A stretch of DNA of 43,376 nucleotides from the IMG/VR virus record IMGVR_UViG_3300027813_000025, positions 1-43,376 of that record; one strand, given 5' to 3'. Positions within the stretch are counted from its first letter, which is position 1; the number at the start of each line of letters is the position of its first letter. Of the stretch, positions 1-7,882 are shown piece by piece. The stretch is from a virus (lineage: Duplodnaviria; Caudoviricetes). The notes under the pieces are model-generated. The model saw nothing but the letters and a program-made list of their open reading frames with translations. It was not told the DNA's origin and made no database searches. Made by a program: the position numbers and the translations under genes.

Positions 1-3000
1 AGGTGGTCTCTTCATTGAAAGTTGTTGCCAATGTAGCAGTATCACCATCAGTGTTAGTGATAACGAATGTTTGGTCACCAAGAGGTGTCGCTTCATTCAC
101 TGTGAACGAAACTTTAGTAGGTAGCAACACTGCGGTAGTTGCTTGCACAACCCCACCTACTGTGATTACCCATAATGGGTCAATACCGTCTCCAATTACT
201 TCGACAACTGTTCCAGGCATTGTGCTTACAACTGTATCATCCCAAATTCCTCTAGGTGCGATACAAGTGGCTTCATCAATGAAAGTATTATCAGAACATT
301 GTGCTGGTACTTCAGGAGACCACGTGGCTCTAGGTGCGATACAAGAGGCTTCATCAGAGAATCCTAAGTCAGTACAAGTTCCTGGGGTCCAAGTATTTCC
401 TGCACTCGACCAAGTATTTCCTGCACTCGTCCAAGTTCCTGCATTATTTTCACAGTTTACTTGGTCGTAGTAAGCACCATTAGAACAAGTTCCAGCGTTA
501 GTACAATTTGTTTCATTATTGTTGTACTGTGCATCTGAACAAGTTCCTGAATTTATACAAGAGGCTTCATTGTTTTCGGCAATTGCTGAACAAGTTCCTG
601 CACTCCAAGTTCCGTTAGGTTCAACACAACCCGCTTCAGTGTCATATATTCCGTTTGAACAGAATTCAGATACTAAGGTTGCCCAAGTACCATTCACTTC
701 AATACAATCTACGCTATTAAAGTATAGTGGATTAGAACAAGACGGGGTTATTGCCGCGACTGCTCTTGTACCAAATGTAACACTCATAGACGATAGTGAG
801 ATAGGTGGGTTAAGAATATCATTAGAACGCTTGTTAACGTCATAGTAATCTTCAACTACAGATTCTCCGAATGATTCAAGTGTACGCATTCCAGCAATAG
901 GCTGTCCAACGTAATCTGCATTCTTCATATCAAGATGGGCATCTTGCCATCTTTCTTCTCCACCGATAGGAACCCCAAAGACATTCATTGAACGTGCTAA
1001 TAGTAGATACTCATCAGAAGAAAGATTAGGAACTGATTTCACTGAGATATTATCCCAATATGTGAATCCGTTTCCAGTAGTTGATAGGGTTAAGAATGCG
1101 TTGCCAGTAACAGGTGCAGTAAAGATAAAGTCTTTAGAGCCGTCTGTGTCGTTTGCAACTATAACCATACTTCCGTACGCATCTGAATCAGGCGTTGGAC
1201 CAATCTTAATAACGGAATCAGTAGGTCTATCAATATCAAAAGATACTTTATAATTCAATTTATCTGTGATTTCAAAACTGATATGTGCAATACCTCTTGC
1301 AGAAGTACCAATACCAGATGTATATATTTGTTTGCTTACTTGATTGACATACGCATCAGCACCTTGCATAGGAGCGAATGTCCATTTCTCTTCGATTTCT
1401 CTAACAGAAACATCATCAATTGTTCCTTCAAATCCGGTGTTAACCCAGAAAGGAGTATTTAATTCAGGTCGATTATTGTCTACATCAGATATGAAGTGGA
1501 TTTTGCTGTCGCTATCACCCGCTCTTACGTGATGTGTACGTACACCATTCTGGATAAGACCGTCAGTGTCATAATCAAGAACTGGTATATCTTCTTCGTG
1601 TAATTTGATAGAATTTATTATACCTGTACCATTCAGTCTGATAACAAATTGGTCACTAGGTGTGCCAATCAAATCGATGTGATGAATGCCCGAAGTGCTA
1701 ATTGTCTTCTGGACTACAGTACCAATCATTATTTCTATTGTTGGATTATTAACTGTAGTAGAAATCAATGTAAGGTGCTCGTGCCCTTCAGGAATAGTCT
1801 GACTATTCAGTGTCCAAGTTCCCGCTTGATAACTAATAGTAAACTCGTGAGTATATGTTTCAGCGTGATATCCATCACTCTGAGGGAATGCTCTTGAACG
1901 AGTATTATCAGCCATTAACCAATCAGCATCATCTTGTGACATTTGGAACTGGTGTTGATGGCTTCCATTTGGTCCTGGTCCAACTTGGAAAGTCAGAATA
2001 TTAGTATCATTTAATACAGTATCAATTGTGACTTCGTAATTAGCATTATTAGTCATTGTGCTGGCAACAGTATATGTAGCCGTTCCGTTGACCGAAGACA
2101 TAAAGGATAATTTATCATTTGCTATAGATACATCTACACCAGAAACTGCCCAATTAATTGCTGTTGGGTCAGTGATATCAAAGTTCCAGTTTTCTATGAG
2201 GTGATTGACATTAGAGCCAAGTGCAACACGAAGTCTACCAGTCATTCCGTTGTTGGTTGGGTCCATATCATTTACATTGTATTTAACTTCATACAACTTG
2301 CCAGGGTCTATTGCTAGAGTCTGATTAATTTCAGTTGTTGATGCGATTGTGCCGTCAATATAGGCTTTGCCCATTTGTGTGGTCCAACCTTCACCCATAT
2401 ACCAAGCATTCTGACCAGTAACACGTTCTCTGATTGAAATATTATCAATCTTACCTGCACCAGTACTTGATAGTCTGAATATCTGAGGGTTTGCTGGAGC
2501 AACAACAGTTTCAGAATAGTGTCCTACTAGTGTGTTTGAGGTGCCTAGAATAGTTGTATCGCCCATTAGAGCCGATGTAAGTGTTCCGTTCTCTGCTCCG
2601 AATCCATCTTTGAACGATTCAATAATATCATACTGAATTTCATAAGTGGTTCCAGCGACAACTGTACCTGTAATAAGTTGTTCAATATATCCAGGAGTCG
2701 TTGCCGCAGTTGAAGCGGTTCCGCCTGAGATATTCCAGCCGCCGGACTCTGTCCAAACAACTTCTTTGAAAGAAACATTATCAAGTACAATATTCGACCT
2801 TTGATTTTGGTCAACACTCATATAAACTTTCGCTAGTCCGCCATTAGAGTTTGTAACTAAGAATTGCTCAGAAGTAGTTCCCGGAATCATTATTAGAGGG
2901 TCGATGTATTGTACTGTACCAAGTTCAATGTTCATTGCCTGAATCTTAGGTATTGCTCCAGCACCGGTTGCGGTTACTAGATTTCCAAGTTCTAACAAAT

Positions 3001-6000
3001 CTGCTTGAGTGTTCAAAACTGGGAACGCATTGGCAGGTTCTGGTTGTACTTGGAAGTAATCATTTCCTGTTCCATTATCAACTTGAATTTTATCAAGAAT
3101 GTGTAATGGAGTGTACATATTTTCTTGTCCGTGATGATAATAAACTACGATATCATCTCCCGCGGCAAATACAGGCATATCAATAATATTGAACATACCT
3201 ACCATAGATGCGTGCCAACCACATTGATAATACAATGTGTCTGGAGCAACCATAGGAACAGTAAATTCTAGAATTTCGTATTTAGCAACTCCTAAAGCAT
3301 CAAGTCCGAATTCAGAGCCGGGGTCTGCTTGATTTCCTGCTCCTTCTTCTGCTCTTGAGCCAGTAACACCTAGGAGATATTCTCCGAAGTAAGCGCCTGG
3401 GGTAAAGTGACTTCCGTCATCAGTAGTCACATACATTGGATGTCCCGCGGAGTTAACTCTGAATCGATATGTACCACCGCGATACAAGTTGAGAGTTCTG
3501 TTTGTTCCCTCAATCATTCCTTGTTTGTCAAATTTGTATAGTCCACCATCATCTGTTACTGCGAAGAATAGATTAGTATCTCCAGGACTATTGAATGGTC
3601 CGAATCCAGTTACTCCATCAGAGCCTGTAAGGCCGAAGTCTTCTGGGATTTTCCAAGTAAACTCTTTCGAGAAGTTACCAATCCACTGTGACACTCTCCA
3701 TTGTGCTAGCCCGGCATCATCATTAGGGTTAAGTGCATTACATACTGACATTGTATCAACGCCATTGTAATACCAACCAGATACGTTTAGTTCTTCACAC
3801 CATCCGCTCAAATTCATACAAACTGGGAATGGTTGGTCTGAGACCCAAGTTCCTGGAACCTCAAGACTGGTAAAGTCGTTTTGTGCCCCGGTATCAACTG
3901 TTAATCCGTGACTTGCATTTTTAGATACACAATGATAACCTTCATTTGGTTCGCCAATGCCTCTCGCCATACCCGCTTGAACTAGGTTATCCCAGCCTCC
4001 ACCAGTAATCGCTTTAATACCAGCGGCGTGCATATACATATCTTGCATTACGCCAGTGAATGGGTCAGGAGCAGTAACGTGCCCTGAGGCAGCCCAAGCG
4101 TGATTTATGAATGTGTATTTACCACCACGGAATAAGTTGAATCCTCCACTTGTTCCTTCATTTCCACCAAGTGCTTCTGTTTCGGCAATATCACGTTGAT
4201 ATGGGAAGTAAGATATATTTGACATATCGTGCCAAGACCAGAACCAAGGGCTATCTTGAGCACCTTCAACTGTAGTCACCGCAGGGTCAGCGGCCGTTAT
4301 TGTGGCATTTGTATCAACAAAAATCTCGAATCCGTCAGTCGGTCCGTAACCGTCACCAAGGGCAACAACTGTGTGGTTATTCATTGCTCCAGGTAATTCA
4401 GTAGGAGTGTATGGTTGTGGTCCAGATGGTAACTGAACAACATCACCAACTGATAATGCGTGATTGACTGATTTAACAGTTCTTGGTCTCGACCATAAAA
4501 CTTCTACACCAGAGATGAACGGGTCACCAACGTGGTTAGTTAAATCTCGTTCAACTTCGTATCTAAAGGATGCCATATCAGCAACAACTTCATATGATTC
4601 AATAACATTAAAGAATGTTGGAGTTGTGCCTGGGGCATTTTCTAGAGGATAAATTACTGTTTCAGTTAATGCAAAGTGGTCCCAATCGATAACATAGTCA
4701 ACGAAGTAATTTGTATTACCGTGATGAATTCCGTTATATACGTTTTGATAATGTATCTTGTCGCCCGCTTTAAGTTCGTGCCCATCTGATTCGATGCCAC
4801 GCTCTTTCTTAACATATCCTAAAATATCTGTGAACGGAGTTGCGATTGTGGTTGGATTTAAGTCATCCCCACCTAATGCAAAGTCGTATTGTCCGACTGT
4901 AAATTGACTTGAGCCAGGATAATATACTCTATCAAAATCGTGAATATGTTGGTCAATTGATATAATGATGTAAGTATCATTTGCAGGGTCGATACAACCA
5001 TATTCAACTGTGTGAAAATGTTGTGGGTCTGAAGTTCCGTAGTTTGAAGTACCAATCTTCGTAGCACCACCAGTGTGACTCCAAGTTCCATCAGTGTCTT
5101 GTGTGACACCGACTAGAGGACTTGCTTTTAGTGTAGCCTCATCTGTGATATCAAGTACGATTTGATGATAATGACCAAAGTTGGTCAATTCGATATTAGT
5201 ACCACCAAGAATCTCAAAATATTCGTTCATCAAGTGAGTGTGTGAGCCCGTCATTCCAACTATATACATTGCTCCTGCACCATCGTTTAGTGCAGGGTTC
5301 CAGTTGAATGTAACAGAGTGAGCGTGAGGAGAGTTATCTCCAGCGCCAGTTCCGTTTGTGGTACTCATAGAAATTACGTTTGTGCCAGTTTTAATTGTGG
5401 CAAATTCTGCGGTTGTTAGTTCACCAGTATGAATGTGGCCGATTTGATAATAATCATCAAAGAACACATCTACTCGTGCATCACCTTTTTGAACAGCCGT
5501 AATGATATAATCTTCCCATTTACGCTCTCCAACTCCAACAACTGCTCCGCCACCCGTTGTGCTTCCGCCTGAACCATAACCAGTACCGCCTTGGTCTAGA
5601 GTAAGTGAAGTAATTGTTCCATCAATCGTTGCACTAGCAACTCCAACTGTTACTGGAGTTCCGCCAATAAATGTTATTGCTGGAGGAGTAGAATATTCGC
5701 TACCAGCATTCGTGATTGTGATTACATCAAGTTCCCCACCCGAGGTAACCGTTACTGTGGCAGTAGCCTGGATTGCAGTTCCTCCATCAGCAACTAAAGA
5801 ACCACTAGGTGCAGAGAGAGTAACTAGGGGAACAGAATTATATCCGCTACCAACATCGGTAATAGAGATAGAATCTACTGAACCGTCAAATCCGACAGTA
5901 CCAGTTGCTCCTGCTCCACCACCACCTGCGATATACATCGTAGGTTTGTTGATATAACCAGAACCACCGGCGACTAGATTTAATGTAGTGATTACACCAC

Positions 6001-7432
6001 CAACAACTACTGTCGATGCCGTAGCATTTATTGTATTAATATCACTACCACCTTGGAAGGTGACAACAACTGGGACAGTAGCATTCGGGTCAGTCTCAAC
6101 ATCACCCGATTGGAATGATACTAAGTCAGTAAGTGAAAGGTCGTGATAAAGTGATTCTATTACGTTCTGGTTTCCTGCACCACCAATTGAGGTACAGAGT
6201 TGTGGCATTACTAGACTAATATTATAAGAATTAGATAGTGCAGGTAAGGCTACGTTAGCGCCATAGTTAATAGGAATCTTAATTGTGTCACCAGGGTTTA
6301 GTCCGTGACCAAGTGAATAGACAAATCTGTGATTAGTCGTACTGGACAATCTTCCTTCTTCAAGAGGGTGGAAAGTACAGTGAAAATATAAATCGTGATA
6401 TCCATCTACTACCCAAGACCACGACTCGCCAGGCGAAAGGTCAGGAGAAGCAAAGGATACATTATCATCAGAAACAGCGTTATGCACCAAGATGTTGGTG
6501 TCTGGATTATTAAAGATGATTGTGTCGCCTTCTCTCGCTTCAACGTGATAAGGAACAATAGTATGTGTTTGAGTCAGAGGATTGTTAATTGCACCCTCGA
6601 ACCAATAGCCACCGCCACTTGTACAAGCAAGTTCCATTGCGGCAACTGAAGTAAGATATTCTGGTGTGATTACTGTCCAAGTCTCGCCAACGCCTTCACA
6701 AGTTGCTTGGTCTGAGATAGAAGGATTGTTAGAACAATCAGAACAGGTAGGTCGTATTAGAAGTTCGTCTTCTATTACTGAGGCAATAAATGTTCTTGGT
6801 GCTGGTCCGCCGCCTTGTTCAGAGAAAGTTGCAGTATCTGGAGCCAACATATCGACCATATTCTTGGCGCCTGTTGGAAGGTCCCAGTTAACATCACTAA
6901 CTGATAAGTCATATGCGAACTTGTATTGTGTATTAGGTTTTAAAACTGCTTCGAACCAAGTAAGTGCGACTTGGGCACCATCGGTGTATGCTGAAACAAT
7001 TTGAGTTCCTTCAGTGAATAGAGAATCAAATCTGTATGCAATTCCATTCGACCAAGGCTTCGATAAATCAATAGGAACATCAAAACCACTGTTCTTGAGC
7101 AATTCAACTTCAAACGCATCAGAGGCGAATGAGGAATTTTGAATCAAGTTCGTAGTCGAGTAAGTAACATCCATTCCACCATTGGGAATCATCTCTGTTG
7201 GAGATACGAATTGTTGTGAACGACCAGCAACATTAATCAGAAAGTCTTTATATTCTGGCAGATGTTCGAGGTTTTCCATCACTTCCAAAGACTTCAGCAT
7301 CAAGGCGAGGTCTTTGACAAGTAGGTCAGGAGCGTCCAGTTTAATATTCAGAGAGTCCAAGAAGGAACTCTTCTGTTGCTCAATTGTATTCAATTCTGTA
7401 AGTGAGAATTTGTGACCTGTATAATGTGCCAT
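1..7432 (-). CDS. Giant multidomain virion structural / fibre-like protein, >=2477 aa, C-terminus beyond the window. Contains CBM-like jelly-rolls, two cupredoxin-like domains, HxH modules, GSGY repeats, Cys-rich repeats and an IPT/TIG-like end.
   Basis: ATG at 7432 with AGGA upstream, starting MAHYTGHKFSLTELNTIEQQKSSFLDSLNIKLDAP. My hand translation found no in-frame stop down to base 2, which explains its absence from the ORF track. It lies directly downstream of the baseplate genes. Confidence 0.9.
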   Translation of the reverse strand, partial: MAHYTGHKFSLTELNTIEQQKSSFLDSLNIKLDAPDLLVKDLALMLKSLEVMENLEHLPEYKDFLINVAGRSQQFVSPTEMIPNGGMDVTYSTTNLIQNSSFASDAFEVELLKNSGFDVPIDLSKPWSNGIAYRFDSLFTEGTQIVSAYTDGAQVALTWFEAVLKPNTQYKFAYDLSVSDVNWDLPTGAKNMVDMLAPDTATFSEQGGGPAPRTFIASVIEDELLIRPTCSDCSNNPSISDQATCEGVGETWTVITPEYLTSVAAMELACTSGGGYWFEGAINNPLTQTHTIVPYHVEAREGDTIIFNNPDTNILVHNAVSDDNVSFASPDLSPGESWSWVVDGYHDLYFHCTFHPLEEGRLSSTTNHRFVYSLGHGLNPGDTIKIPINYGANVALPALSNSYNISLVMPQLCTSIGGAGNQNVIESLYHDLSLTDLVSFQSGDVETDPNATVPVVVTFQGGSDINTINATASTVVVGGVITTLNLVAGGSGYINKPTMYIAGGGGAGATGTVGFDGSVDSISITDVGSGYNSVPLVTLSAPSGSLVADGGTAIQATATVTVTSGGELDVITITNAGSEYSTPPAITFIGGTPVTVGVASATIDGTITSLTLDQGGTGYGSGGSTTGGGAVVGVGERKWEDYIITAVQKGDARVDVFFDDYYQIGHIHTGELTTAEFATIKTGTNVISMSTTNGTGAGDNSPHAHSVTFNWNPALNDGAGAMYIVGMTGSHTHLMNEYFEILGGTNIELTNFGHYHQIVLDITDEATLKASPLVGVTQDTDGTWSHTGGATKIGTSNYGTSDPQHFHTVEYGCIDPANDTYIIISIDQHIHDFDRVYYPGSSQFTVGQYDFALGGDDLNPTTIATPFTDILGYVKKERGIESDGHELKAGDKIHYQNVYNGIHHGNTNYFVDYVIDWDHFALTETVIYPLENAPGTTPTFFNVIESYEVVADMASFRYEVERDLTNHVGDPFISGVEVLWSRPRTVKSVNHALSVGDVVQLPSGPQPYTPTELPGAMNNHTVVALGDGYGPTDGFEIFVDTNATITAADPAVTTVEGAQDSPWFWSWHDMSNISYFPYQRDIAETEALGGNEGTSGGFNLFRGGKYTFINHAWAASGHVTAPDPFTGVMQDMYMHAAGIKAITGGGWDNLVQAGMARGIGEPNEGYHCVSKNASHGLTVDTGAQNDFTSLEVPGTWVSDQPFPVCMNLSGWCEELNVSGWYYNGVDTMSVCNALNPNDDAGLAQWRVSQWIGNFSKEFTWKIPEDFGLTGSDGVTGFGPFNSPGDTNLFFAVTDDGGLYKFDKQGMIEGTNRTLNLYRGGTYRFRVNSAGHPMYVTTDDGSHFTPGAYFGEYLLGVTGSRAEEGAGNQADPGSEFGLDALGVAKYEILEFTVPMVAPDTLYYQCGWHASMVGMFNIIDMPVFAAGDDIVVYYHHGQENMYTPLHILDKIQVDNGTGNDYFQVQPEPANAFPVLNTQADLLELGNLVTATGAGAIPKIQAMNIELGTVQYIDPLIMIPGTTSEQFLVTNSNGGLAKVYMSVDQNQRSNIVLDNVSFKEVVWTESGGWNISGGTASTAATTPGYIEQLITGTVVAGTTYEIQYDIIESFKDGFGAENGTLTSALMGDTTILGTSNTLVGHYSETVVAPANPQIFRLSSTGAGKIDNISIRERVTGQNAWYMGEGWTTQMGKAYIDGTIASTTEINQTLAIDPGKLYEVKYNVNDMDPTNNGMTGRLRVALGSNVNHLIENWNFDITDPTAINWAVSGVDVSIANDKLSFMSSVNGTATYTVASTMTNNANYEVTIDTVLNDTNILTFQVGPGPNGSHQHQFQMSQDDADWLMADNTRSRAFPQSDGYHAETYTHEFTISYQAGTWTLNSQTIPEGHEHLTLISTTVNNPTIEIMIGTVVQKTISTSGIHHIDLIGTPSDQFVIRLNGTGIINSIKLHEEDIPVLDYDTDGLIQNGVRTHHVRAGDSDSKIHFISDVDNNRPELNTPFWVNTGFEGTIDDVSVREIEEKWTFAPMQGADAYVNQVSKQIYTSGIGTSARGIAHISFEITDKLNYKVSFDIDRPTDSVIKIGPTPDSDAYGSMVIVANDTDGSKDFIFTAPVTGNAFLTLSTTGNGFTYWDNISVKSVPNLSSDEYLLLARSMNVFGVPIGGEERWQDAHLDMKNADYVGQPIAGMRTLESFGESVVEDYYDVNKRSNDILNPPISLSSMSVTFGTRAVAAITPSCSNPLYFNSVDCIEVNGTWATLVSEFCSNGIYDTEAGCVEPNGTWSAGTCSAIAENNEASCINSGTCSDAQYNNNETNCTNAGTCSNGAYYDQVNCENNAGTWTSAGNTWSSAGNTWTPGTCTDLGFSDEASCIAPRATWSPEVPAQCSDNTFIDEATCIAPRGIWDDTVVSTMPGTVVEVIGDGIDPLWVITVGGVVQATTAVLLPTKVSFTVNEATPLGDQTFVITNTDGDTATLATTFNEETT
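242..739 (-). repeat. Cys-rich coding repeats C-x10/11-C-x3/4-G-x-W (about 7 units), including a 21-bp tandem repeat at about 389-430
   Basis: Translation gives CSNPLYFNSVDCIEVNGTW, CSNGIYDTEAGCVEPNGTW, CTDLGFSDEASCIAPRATW, CSDNTFIDEATCIAPRGIW and others. ccaagtatttcctgcactcg occurs twice in tandem. Confidence 0.85.
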
Positions 7433-7453
7433 TTTTATATTATTTCCTATAAA

Positions 7454-7651
7454 TTATTCGGACGCTAGTTCGCTTTGATAGTTCAACTGCATAGATGTGG
7501 TAACATATGTGTCACTAACTCCTAACATTTGGAACTCTTGCATCCTAACAAAATTATTCTGTTGTTGAATCATTTGGTTTGTGCGTTCACGCCACGTTTT
7601 GAAGGTCTCATCCTTTCTTACGTATGGTATAGTTGTGCTTCCAGTTGCCAT
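7454..7651 (-). CDS. Small protein consisting of a tail-fibre/fibritin-type N-terminal anchor motif
   Basis: VRKDETFKTWRERTNQM matches the (D/E)TFxxWRxxTN motif at the N-terminus of T4-like fibre proteins. The ORF fills the intergenic gap exactly. Confidence 0.6.
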   Translation of the reverse strand: MATGSTTIPYVRKDETFKTWRERTNQMIQQQNNFVRMQEFQMLGVSDTYVTTSMQLNYQSELASE

Positions 7652-7656
7652 CTAGT

Positions 7657-7872
7657 CTAATCCCCTCGATTTTCAATCAATTCGTACACAAGTTTCTTTA
7701 GCCCTGTTACTTCGTTCTTTAGACTATTTATAACTCTTTGAGAGTCCTTCTTGGCTTGGTTTGCTAATTTCTGCTTTGCAATGACCTTTTTACGAATAGA
7801 GTACGCATTTGCGTCTGTAAATATCACAGCCCCGGTATAAATGTCTTTATGGTATTTTGGTTCAGTAGGCAT
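7657..7872 (-). CDS. Conserved small T4-like virion-region protein with C-terminal coiled coil
   Basis: KDIYTGAVIFTD resembles the RDxxTGAIINTD motif of the small ORF that typically follows VrlC-like genes in marine T4-like phages. The C-terminus is heptad-like. Confidence 0.65.
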   Translation of the reverse strand: MPTEPKYHKDIYTGAVIFTDANAYSIRKKVIAKQKLANQAKKDSQRVINSLKNEVTGLKKLVYELIENRGD

Positions 7873-7882
7873 TCTATTCCCC

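Noticed and set aside
242-739. Repeats as a possible CRISPR array or DGR template/variable region
   Set aside because: They are in-frame, degenerate coding repeats without constant repeat-spacer structure. No adenine-specific pair or reverse transcriptase is visible in the window.
3-7415. Numerous short plus-strand and off-frame ORFs on the track
   Set aside because: They are antisense or out-of-frame shadows of the single giant minus-strand gene. The same applies to short ORFs overlapping the other large genes.
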